DNA of 64,000 bases from the human T2T-CHM13v2.0 reference genome, Homo sapiens, in NCBI RefSeq assembly GCF_009914755.1, contig NC_060935.1; one strand, written 5' to 3'. Position 1 is the first letter of the stretch. Each line of letters opens with the position of its first letter. Under the pieces are notes generated by a model, which was given only the letters and a program-made list of their open reading frames with translations, was not told where the DNA came from and did not search any database. The position numbers and the translations under genes are program-made. Positions 48,054-60,349 of this stretch are shown here, piece by piece.

Positions 48054-48137
48054 GTAAATAGCATTTTGGCAATATATGCTAAAGAGTACACACTTATTTG
48101 TGTACTCTTTAGCATATATTGCCAAAATGCTATTTAC
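48054..48137. repeat. Perfect 39-bp inverted repeat with 6-nt spacer
   Basis: gtaaatagcattttggcaatatatgctaaagagtacaca-cttatt-tgtgtactctttagcatatattgccaaaatgctatttac; arms are exact reverse complements. Confidence 0.97.
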
Positions 48138-49834
48138 TTTTCAGGTTTGTGTAATTCACACTGCCACCAGGGATTGGTGAGAGTTTCTGCCTTACATATT
48201 TTATCTCTCTGTGGCACTCACACTAAGCATTCTAGGTGGAAGGCACTCTTCTGGCTGCCAAGGAGGATATTTTATATGTTCCTCAGGACAGCGCAGACCC
48301 TTCCTTGCGGCATTTGACAGCATATAGATAAGTATGGACATAGAAAGTGAGTGGTATAGGAAAGAAGGCATTTCAGGCAGAGGAAACATTAGCAAAACCA
48401 GATGTCAAAAAGTAAAGGCCTTGATTTTTGAGCACAGAGTTTACTTTTTCTAAATGTTTGTGATTTGTGTGACTGTAACAATGAGTTCTGACCCTGGACA
48501 AGGCATTTATAGTCTCTGGGCTTCTGCTCAATAGATTATAAATCCAAAAGATTAGATCATTTGATTATAAACTTCCTCAGAATTCTAATATTATTATTAT
48601 GTAACCATGTAAGTTAAGTAAAAATTATCCGTATCTTGAAAGAAAAATCCTATGTGTTGCTTGAATTCTAAAATATGTATTTCTTATGGGGTAAGACATG
48701 GTGCCTCTATGTGCTTTCAAATGAAGGCTATCATTTCCAGAAGACAGCTATTAATCCTGGAAGATTTATGGTGGTATATGTCAATTGTGAACAATTTAAG
48801 ACTTCAAAGTTCCTGTTACCCTCTACAGCCTATAAGGATATTAATTTGTTTCCCTGACCTTGACTGGATTCTATAGCATAGCATGCTCTTTCTCCTGTAC
48901 TGTAAAGAGAATTTCTTATAAAATTAAGGAAACATAAATCAAGTCAAACCTGACATTGGTGTGCAGAGATAGGACAGTATGTAATTCATGTTCTTAATCC
49001 AGTAGACACCATCTGCCCTTTGAGGTCAGGGAAGCAGTGATTTAGGATGGGGCCATGGCCAGTAATTTCCAGAAGTTGTGTGTTTGAAGGACACAGAATA
49101 GTTTACCTCTTCCCAGAAAATCATTTCTAGGGGCTTCTCCATCTTTCCAAAGTTGCTACCTTTGTAACTTCTTTGAAACAAAGTTATTATTGCTCTATCA
49201 GACCATATATGTCTTATCCATACTTCCGGCCCCACTCGAGAACTCCTTCTTTCAGGAAGGACCTCACCCTCATAATACCTCTATTTTTTAATATAACCAG
49301 TTTATCAATTAAACATTTATTTATCTTCTTCACTAGTGTGCAAACTCCAGAGCAGAATGCTTGTAATATATCTTAGCCTTCCCAACTTTCAACACATAGT
49401 AGGTATTCAATAAATGTTTATTAAATAGATACAGAAATAAGTGATGGGTTAATTTTCCTAATAAGACATTTTTTCTTTCTGTTGTGTTCCTACTTTGCTT
49501 TATTTCTGCTAGGAGTAAATCAAAATCGTTAAGAGTACTTGCCCTAGAGTCAGATGGGGTGAGTTAAAATCCCGACTCTAGTTCTTCCGAGCTGTGTGAC
49601 TAACCATAGTAAATGGCTAGGCTTTTTGTCCCTCAGTGTATTCATCTGTGAAATGGAATTACTTTATAAGGCTCTTCTTTGGATTAAATGAGGTAATACT
49701 TGTAATGAGCTTGCTTAGAACATTGTGTTACTTGTTTCTTCATTATTACTTATATGCATGTAAATATGATTCCTCAAATTAGAATATTCTAAGTAGAGCC
49801 TCGTTTAACTACTAAGAGTGACATCTCAGCAATA

Positions 49835-49867
<33 letters not shown>

Positions 49868-49893
49868 ATGTATACATATTATTTTATTTTGTG

Positions 49894-50358
<465 letters not shown>

Positions 50359-50384
50359 GGAAACTATTCAAAAACAAACTCTTG

Positions 50385-50511
50385 GGCTAGGTGCGGTGGC
50401 TCATGCCTGTAATCCCAGCACTTTGGGAGGCCGAGGCAGGTGGATCATGAGGTCAGGAGATTGAGATCATCCTGGCTAACACGGTGAAACCCCGTCTCTA
50501 CTAAAAATACA
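50385..50511 (+). mobile_element. AluY/Sc-type left monomer, 3'-truncated
   Basis: ggatcatgaggtcaggagattgagatcatcctggctaacacggtgaaacccc; stops at ctaaaaataca. Confidence 0.9.
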
Positions 50512-53500
50512 TTTACTGAACAGAATTGATATAGGTAATGTGGAAGGTTCAGCTCATCAAAGCACTGATAACTGTTAAATCTGTCAGCCTTATGACCTGC
50601 TTTAGACTCTAAACTCCATGAGAGCTAGGACTGTACCTTTTTATTTGTGCCGGCTTATGAAATTCAACAAGAAGCAGAGAGTATAGGAGAGTATGAAGGC
50701 TGATGGGTGGAGGGAGAGTATAGGAATTGGGGATATACCTCAAAATCCCTGCAAAAGTGTTTATCCAGTAGATCACGGGACTTCATACCTTCTACATCAC
50801 TCCAGCTACTTCTATGCCTGCCAGAGCCTTGCTGCCATGTTTCAGTGGGATGGTTCATCCCTTTTTCTTCTTCTCCTGCTGATAACAGTTATATGGTTGC
50901 TCAAAACACTGGCTCAGGTCCTGTTCAAAGCAGATCTACTTGAATGTGAGCCTGTGTCACTGTGTATTGTTTATAATAATAATAATTATTTTTGTTTTTC
51001 CTCTGGAAATCAAATGCTAAACTCTTCAGAAAACTGCTCGAGAGATCATGGGAAGAGATGGAAGCCTTTAATCTTTTATTAAAATACTTTAAACATAACA
51101 TTGTGCATTTACATCACCGTGATAGAGAGGCACTAACAGCTGCACTGAGACAGTGATGAAGTATCAGAATAAATATTGAAAATATTTGGTGTGAATATGG
51201 TGCTGTCCTGGCAAGGAACTCAATGCACTTTCTTATATGTTATCTTGTCCTCACAATGCCCCTGAAAAGTGGATGGTGTGATTCCTATTTGACAGATGAA
51301 GACACTGTACTAAAGTGGTTGGCTGGAATTGCTGTTTATTCCATCAGGGCTGAGGCTCTTAATTGCTCTCTTAGAATCTCTGACTCTTCCAAATAGCGAA
51401 AGCCCCCACATTTGGTTCCATTTGGTCTCATTGCCAGCTAGACATCAGCTCTAAAAGCTTATTTCCTTTACCTGACAGGGAATTCTGATTTTCCATTCCA
51501 CTTGCTGCTGTCCAGGATGAGACCCCTGAAATATGCTTTCTATGCACATTTAAATATTTTATGTTAATAGTGATCAAAGTCAAATTTCAAGTAATACTTC
51601 CTGTGGTTTATTGACCAAGTTAATTTAACATTAAGAAAGAAATGAGAATGAATGAAAAGCATTGCACATTTCCATATGCAAATGTGTGCCTGGAGGAAGC
51701 TGTTACATGTGGGGCAATCAATACATTCTAGAAATTTAGTAGATTTGCACATGACTTTGACATTAATTTCCACAGGTTCTAGGATTTGTTTTAGAACTCT
51801 TTCTTCATCCATTGTCTTCCATCACAGGACATGATATTTTCTGCAACTCTGAAATTCCCTGGCTCTGAAAATGCACCTTTGGTGCTGTACATGAGCAATG
51901 GGATGCTGTCTCCCAGGAGATTTGTAATTGCTTGGTGCTGACAGGTGCTCATTGTGGGCCTTCATTTCCTACCCAGCATCAGCAATCCATCTCACCCTCA
52001 GCAGTAATCCTGCCAGGAAGAGGGAAAGGTCATGGCCCAGGGGAGTGATTTTCATGCAGAATTCTGATTAACTCTGAGATCCCTCAGAGGTGATTGAAGT
52101 GGGGGCATTGCTAGAGGGTGGGGGGCTGCGCGGAGTGGTGGGCAGGGGAGGAGGTCAACCAGCAGCATGCCAGACAAGTTTTCTCTTTTTATCTCATATA
52201 AATGTTATCTTAAAAAATAAGAGTTCTACTGGTTAAAAGTAAAAAATAACTGATATAGAATAGGAGAGAGCTTATTATAATAACAGACACTGATATTTGC
52301 TACGTGCTGAAAATTGTACTAAATTCCAGCTCTCTCACTTGATCCTATAAATAACTCTATGAGTATTTCCATTACTTCCATTTTATAGATAAGAAAGCTG
52401 CAGCTGGAGATGTGAAATCACTTGTCCAGGCCACACAGCTGATAAGTGGCAGAACCAGGACTCCTTTTCTTTATCTTCTTTCTTTGAACAAACATGCATC
52501 AATCTCCTGCACAGTCCCACACATGGTGTAAGGTATTGAGAATACAGCAGTCAACAAAGTGGGCAGGGCTCTGCCCTCACAGGGTTTATAGTCCAGCAGG
52601 ATTTGAATCTAGATTTATGTCACTGTAATATCTGAACTGTTAACTTCTATACTCTATTGTTTCTAAACACCAACTCCTGGAGTCTCATCTTGAAGTAGTC
52701 TCTGGGAAAGATAGGAGAGATTGAAATAAATAGATGAATTCCAAATAAATCAGACTGTGCTTACTTTCTGGGAGATGTGTGGGCCAGGATGATCCCATGG
52801 AATGATGGATTCTGTGCTCCTAAAGTCTAAGACAACTCTCCTGTTTTGCAATGACAGGAAATGCGTGGACAACTCAGAACAATCCCTTTCCAATTTTAAG
52901 CTCTGACTTTATAGTGTAATGCAGAGCACTAGACTATGAGTTAAAAGACCCTGCTTCATGTCTTGGGCCCCTTGTCATTTGGGGAATGTAATTTCACTTC
53001 TTTAGCTTATTTCCCCATCTGTGAGACAAAATTAAATGGCATCTATGGTTCCTTCTAAATCAGATGCTCTGTGATTCTGAGTTTATGAGTTTAGTTGGTG
53101 TATGCCCTGGGATTGGAGGGCATACACCCATTTGTCCTCTTCAAGATGTGGTATCTCCTACAAGAGTAGATTTTAATTTTGTTGACTATAACCAATAATA
53201 ATAAAAAATAAATTTTACATTGTGAGTCAGTACAAAAGCACACACACATACACACACATCAGAAAATGGTATAAAATGCTATTACTTATATACTCTGAAA
53301 TACTCTATGGTATTCCATTCTAGTCTGGTCTAGTCTACTATGTTTCATTTTTGTGCAAGTGTTGACTGTGATCCAATAAATTGATTTCATATACATTTAA
53401 TAACCCACTAGCTGAGCCTGGTTCCATGAAACCAGACTTCCAGGAAGAGTTTCTCAAGGTCAAGCCATGTTTGCCTCCTGCTTGCTTTAGAAGATTAACA

Positions 53501-56334
53501 AAAATATACATATTTATTCCTCAGACTTCTGAGCAAATGCCCCATTGCCCTCTGGGGTGTTCATTCCTCCCTCTTTGACTAGGCAAGCAATTTCTCCCAA
53601 TTTCCTGCTTTGCCTCCATGATGCCATTAGACCCTCTGCTATCCTTTAAGTGAATTGAAAGTGCCCCCTTAGGATAGAAGCACAAGCCATTGTTGTATAA
53701 AAAAGTGATCGGCCAATTCAGCCTGGAATAAAACTGCTTCACTCAGTCATCAAAGGGCTCTTTAAAATTCTCTAATGCATGGAGTTTAACTGGAGAGAAA
53801 AAATAATCACCCATATTCGTCTGTACAAAACAATGAAGTAGAGTACTTGCAGCTTTTGAAGTGGCTTTATTATTATCTGGTTGGTCTCTCTTTCACTTGA
53901 TGGAGAAATTATTGTGGGAATGTAACAAATTTTTAAACTGAGGCTGAAAGCTCTAAACACTAGGGGATCTCAGACAGTGACTACATCACATTGTGAGACA
54001 GAACAGTGTGTTTAAAGCTCGCTGATGGTTCTCTTCATGAAGTATTTCCTGACAGGAACTCTAATTTATTGCTTGGGAAGCTAATAATAAGGACAGGGGA
54101 GAAGAAAGTGGTCATTTAGCCAAATCTACATGAATACTTAATTTCTGGTGTTCTCTTCTGCTTCCATTAGTGATGGGCATCATTTAATTTTTGCCCCATT
54201 TCTTAGTGACCTAGGAAAACCTATAAATGTAGTAAAATATTTATATCTATTGGGTTTTCCACTTTAACCAGGGTTATTTACTTCTGATAACACCTTCCAT
54301 TTTACCTCTGACATGTCTCCAAGATGGCTGCCCTCTTCATCTAGCTCTTAACTAAAATGTCACCTCAAAAAAAGCCTTTTCTGAAACACTTCACTGAACT
54401 AGCTTCCCGTCTTTGTCATATTACCCTCTTTTATTTTACAACACTTTTTACCATCTGAATTTTTCTTATTTATTTTTATCTGTGTTTGTTATCTGATACC
54501 TTCCAGTGACATACAGGTTCCACTGAAGATAAAGACTCTATCTGCCCCCTACTGTACCCCAGAAGGCATAACGCTCCCTCACAGAATCAGGGTTGAGCAA
54601 AAATATGTTGAATGATATTAGGTGTTTACTGTCCACCCCCTAACTCCAAGCTAAAAATAATCTCTCCTTTCTTTCATTCTCAAGCAACTTGCTCTTACCT
54701 CACTTCCTGCTTTGGATGGCCATTTCTTATGTAAATGTTGACATCTTTTGCCAAATAGTAAGCTCCTAAGGGGAAGTATTAACATTTCATTAATTTAGGA
54801 GTGTAATAAACTACCCATGTGCCAGTCATGGTGCTGGATACTTTGCTAGCATTGTTTTATTTTTTCCTCACTGCAACCCTATGAGACAGTCATTATTACC
54901 CCATTTTGAAGATGAGGATTCCAGACTTAAAAGCTCAAGAAATTTTTTTCCCAATTCATTTAGCTAGTAAATGGCAGAGCTGGGATTCGGACAAAAGAGC
55001 TTTTGACTCTATTTTATTTTCCCTTATATTTGCATCTCTTTGGGCCTTTCATGGAGAATTATCTTATTAAGTGTTTCAAAAATTAATGGATAAAAATTGA
55101 AAATAAAGTTAGCAGATTCTATCTTGATTCTCATAAAAGGAGTACTATTGATTTTCCTCAAGAGATTTTACATTTTCTTCTAATATTTGTTCTACATTTT
55201 CTTCAGATACTGTGATGCTGATACAAATACCTGCTTCCTAAAGAAACCCTAGTGGCAACTTCCTTGAAACAGATTAGTGATTTTTCAGTCAACATTGATG
55301 TTTTGTAAGTGCCTGTAGGTTCCAGGCAGTATGATGGGAATCTTAGGAGAAAGGATTTAGTAAGTACAAAGGCTGCTCTCAAGCACCTTACCGTTCAATG
55401 GAAATATTGAACTGGTACTTCCTTGCCAAGGTGCTAGAGAACAGAGATCACTCAAAATATGATTGTTCTCTCTTCATTCCACAAGTAACAGAAGAGGGAA
55501 GAGAGAATAGGTGAGGCCCAGAAGGAAGAGGAAAGAGAACTGATGTTATAGAGTAAGGTCTTGAAAACACTGACTCTTCACTGAGAAATGCATTTCTTTC
55601 TCCTTGTTTAAAAAGAGAGTTATGTGTTTGTGTTTCCCCTTTCTTCTCTGTCTCCTGAGTGTTTTAGAATCATCCTTACTTTCCAACCTCCCCCCATCTT
55701 TGTTTTATAGCATATTTGTATTTTATTTTTTGCAAGTTGACTCTGACTTTCTCCTTATTAGTCCTTCTGTGTGTCTTAAATAGGGGTTTCCTTTTCTTCT
55801 TGGAATAAAACACCTTGGAGGAAATTCTTAAAATACAAAAAAGTACAAATGCACCGATAATTCCATCACTCAGATAAAGTACTATTGTTGATTCCCTTGT
55901 AGTATGACTACTTTAATCTCTCTTATATCGTGTTTTGTCAGACTGAATATATAATTCTGTTTTCTGACTTGTTTTTGTTAGAATTTATTAAACATTTAGG
56001 TTGTTTCTGATGTTACCTGATTATAAATAATGCTTCAGAGGATTTTTTACCTTAAGCTTTGTCAACATCTCTGATTTATTTCCTCTAAATAGATCATTGG
56101 AAACAATAATTTAGACCAAAGGATTTCCACTAAGGCTACACCAATTTAGTTTCTTACCAGTGTGGCATGAGAATTCTTGTTTTGCCACCCTTTCTTCTAA
56201 ATTTGTGTGCCTATTTTGGGGTACAAAAATAATATTCCATTTTTTAAGGTGAACCTTTTCATTGCTAATAAGATTGATTTTTTTCCCCATTTCTATACTG
56301 GTCCTTTGCATTTTTTTAATATTAACTTATTTTG

Positions 56335-56815
56335 CTCATTTAATTTTTTGAGGCAAAATTGCATACAGTGAAATACGTAAATCACAAGTGTACTTTTAAA
56401 CAAGCTATGAAAAGTGTATTCAATTGTTTAATCTCATCACTATAAAGATATAAATTATTACTATTATCTCAGAAAATTCCCTTGTGCTGCTTTTCAGTCA
56501 ATCACTGTCCATCAATTCTCAGCCACAGGCAACAACTGATCTGATTTCTTTCACAATAATTTTTCCTGTCCTAGAACTTCATATAAATGTAATAACATAA
56601 TATAAAACTCTTTTTGACAAGTTTCTTTCATCCAGTATGTTTTTGAGGTTTATTCTCATGGTTGGGTATATCAGTAGTTTATCCCATTTTATTGCTGAGT
56701 AGTATTTAATTATATGAATAGACCCACAATTTGTTTATCCACCACGGATATTTGTGTTAATCCTAGTTTTTTTTTTTTTTTTTTTTTGGCTATTTTGAGT
56801 AAAGCTTAAATGAAC
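56335..56815 (-). mobile_element. Old L1MB/ME 3' fragment
   Basis: aaattgcatacagtgaaat...ctagaacttcatataaatg...ttttattgctgagtagtatt. Confidence 0.75.
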
Positions 56816-57705
56816 ACTCTTACACTAATTCTTTTTGGCTTTATATCTACCATTTTGCTATTTTTTTTTCTATTTGTTCCACTTATTCCTTGTTCCTTTT
56901 GTTACTCATTTTTTTTGCCTTCTTTTTGGATGAACAGAATAGTTTTTACTATTCCACTTTATCTACACTATTGGCTTATTGGCTGTATGTCTTCTTTTTT
57001 TGTTTTTCCAATGGTTGCTCAACGATTTGCGGTATTTCACTTAAACTCATCAGAGACAAACTTCAAATAATAGGATTTTTGTTCATGTTTAAACTAAAAT
57101 ATTTAAAAGGGTAAATTTTAATTTCCCTGGTCCAATGTCTGTGTCTTCATTGTTACACATTTTAAATTTATGCATGTTATAAACTCTCAAATACATGATT
57201 TAAAAAAATTTTAATAGTTAATTTTTAAAAAGTTAAAAATATCTTCTACATTTGGTCACATATTTACCATCCCTAGCGATCTTTATTTTTTTGTTTGGAT
57301 CCAAATTTCTGTCTGATATCATTTCCTTCTACCTGAAGAACTTCATTTAATAGGGTGCAAATTTGCTGGTGGTAATGTCCCTCAGTTTTTACTGTCTGAA
57401 AAATTCTGTCTTTTGCCTACATTTTTAAATATTTTCACTGATTATAGAATTATAGACTACTTTTTTTTCTTAAGACTTAAAACATGTCATTCTTTGTCTT
57501 CTGGCTTTGAAAAAAAATGCAGACTGAATATCTCTGTCTTATGATTGGATGGTTAATCTATTTGCATTTAATGTTATTTAAATAGTTGGATTGGATTTAT
57601 GCCTGCCATTTTACTTTTTGTTTTCTACGTCTTGTGTCCTTTTGTTTTTAAATGAGTTTCATTGTGTGTATTAAAGTATAGGACATGATATTATGGATAC
57701 CTATA

Positions 57706-60179
57706 TGATATGGTTTGGCTGTGTCCCCATCCAAATCTCATCTTGAATGTGGTTCCCATAATCCTGACATGTTGTGGGAGGGAACTGGTGGGAGGTTATT
57801 TAATCATAGAGGCAGTTACCCTTATGCTGTTCTTGTGACAGTGAGTTCTCATGAGATCTGATGGTTTTTTTTTTTTTGTGGGGGGGACTGTTGTGGGGTG
57901 TAGGAAGGGGGGAGGGATAGCATTTGGAGATATACCTAATGTTAAATGACGAGTTACTGGGTGCAGAACACCAACATGGCACATGTATACATATGTAACT
58001 AACCTGCACATTGTGCACATGTACCCTAAAACTTAAAGTATAAAAAAAAAAATCTGATGGTTTTATAAGGGGCTTTTCCCCATTTTGCTTGGCACTTCTT
58101 ATTGCTGCTGCCATGTGAAGAAGGATGTGTTTCCTTCCCCTTCCACCATGATTGTAAGTTTCCTGAGGCCTCCCCAGTCATGCTGAACTGTGAGTCAATT
58201 AAACCTCTTTCCTTTATAAATTACCTAGTCTCCAGTGTGTCTTTCTTAGCAGCATGAGAACAGACTAATACAGTAAATTTGTACTGTGTAGTGGGGCACC
58301 ACTGGAAAGATACCCAAAAATGTGGAAGTGACTTTGGAACTGGGTAACAGGAAGGGGTTGGAAAAGTTTGGAGGTCTCAGAAGAAGATAGAAAGATGTGG
58401 GAAAGTTTGGAACTTCCTAGAGACTTCTTGAATGGCTTTGACCAAAATGCTAGTAATGATATGGACAATGAAGTCCATACTGAGGTGGTCTCGGATGGAG
58501 ATGAGGAACTTGTTGGGAACTGGAGTAAAGGTTACTCTTGCTATGCAAAGAGACTGGTGGCATTTTGCATCTGCCCTGGAGATCTGTGGAACTTTGAACT
58601 CGGGAGAGATGATTTAGGGTATCTGGGGAAGAAATTTCTAAGCAGGAAAGTGTTCAAGAGGAAGCAGAGCATAAATGTTTGGATGATTTACAATGTGATG
58701 ATGTGTTAGAAAAGAAAACCCTATTTTCTGTGGAGAAATTCAAGCTGGCTGCAGAAATTTGCACAAGTAATGAGGGCCCAAGTGTTAATTAGCAAGACAA
58801 TGGGGAAAATGTCTCCAGGGGTTATCAGAGACCTTCATGGCAACCCCTCCCATCACAGGCCTGGAGGCTTAGGAGGAAAAAATTGTTTTATGGGCTGGAC
58901 CTATGGCCTCACTGCTCTATGCAGCTTGGGACAGGTTGTCCTATGTCCTAGATGTTTCAGTTGTAGCCAGGGCTAAAAGGGGCCGATGTACAGTTCAGGC
59001 TGTTGCTTTAGAGGGTGCAAGCCTTCAGCCTTGGCAGCTTACACGTGGTGTTGAGCCTGTAGGTGCACAGAAGTCAAGAATTGAGGTTTGGGAACTTCCG
59101 CCTAGATTTCAGAGGATGTATGGAAACACCTGGATGTCCAGGCAGAAGTATGCTGTAGGGGTAGAACCCTCATGGAGAACCTCTCCTATGGCAGTGTGGA
59201 AGAGAAATGTAAGGTTGGAGCCTCCACACAGAGTTCCCACTGGGGCACTGCCTGGTGGAGCTGTGAGAAGAGGGCCACCGTTCTCCTGACTCCAGAATGG
59301 TATATCCACCAACAGCTTGCACCATACCCCTGGAAAAACTGCAGACACTCAACACCAGCTCATGAAAGCATCCAGGAGGGGAGCTATACCCTGCAAAGCC
59401 ACAGAGGCAGAGCTGCCCAAGACTATGGGAGCCCACCTCTTGCATCAGCATGACCTGGATGTGAGACATGGAGTCAAAAGACATCATTTTGAAACTTTAA
59501 GGTTTAATGACTGCCCTATTGGATTTCAAACTTGCATGAGGCCTGTAGCCCCTTTGTTTTGGCCAATTTCTCCCATTTTTAATGGGTGTATTTACCCAAT
59601 GCCCATACCTCTATTATATCTAGGAAGTAACTATCTTACTTTTGATTTTACAGGCTCATAGGCAGAAGAGACTTGCCTTGTATCAGATAAGACTATGGAC
59701 TTGGACTTTTGGGCTAATGCTGAAATGAGTTAAGACTTTGGAGAACTATTGGGAAAGGCATGATTATGTTACAAAACATGAGAACTTGAGATTTGGGAGG
59801 GTCCAGAAGCAGAATGATATGGTTCATCTGTATCCTTACCCAAATCTCATCTTGTAGTTTCCATAATCTCCACATGTTGTAAGAGGGACCCAGTGGGAGG
59901 TAATTTAATCATGAGGGCAGTTACCCTCATGCTGTTCTCATGACAGTTAGTGAGTTCTCACAGGATGGTTTTATAAGGGGCTTTTCCCCCTTTTGCTCAG
60001 TATTTCTCCTTGCTGCTGCCATGTGAAGAAGGATTGCTTGTTTCCCCTTCCACCATGGTTGTAAGTTTCATGAGACCTCCCTAATCATGCTGAACTGTGA
60101 GTCAATTAAACTTCTTTCCACTATAAATTACCCAGTCTTGAGTATGCTTTTATTAGCAGTGTGAGAATGTACTAAAACA
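57706..60179 (+). mobile_element. Complete THE1 (THE1C-like) MaLR provirus: 5'LTR 57706-58272, internal 58273-59814, 3'LTR 59815-60179
   Basis: TG...CA LTRs, THE1-int text (WESLELPRDFLNGFDQN), purine tract before 3'LTR, TSD CTATA at 57701-57705 and 60180-60184. Confidence 0.95.
57869..58051 (+). mobile_element. Severely 5'-truncated L1PA3/4 (3'UTR only) inside the THE1 5'LTR
   Basis: ggagatatacctaatgttaaatgacgagtt...cttaaagtataaaaa; TSD ATCTGATGGTTTT at 57856-57868 and 58052-58064. Confidence 0.93.
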
Positions 60180-60349
60180 CTATAGATGTGAAAAGGTGAT
60201 TATAGTGAAGCAAATTAACATATTCATCATCTCGTATAGTTAAATATTGTAATAGCAACTAGAATCTACTCACTTAGCATGAATTCTATATACAGTATAA
60301 ATTATCCTTCTTTTTAAACCCACTTTTTAAAGTATACATATAACCCTTT

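Noticed and set aside
51925-51945. REST half-site (minus strand tcagcacca)
   Set aside because: The right half (ggacag) is absent.
58265-59661. Cluster of overlapping ORFs
   Set aside because: Decayed THE1 internal region, not a host gene.
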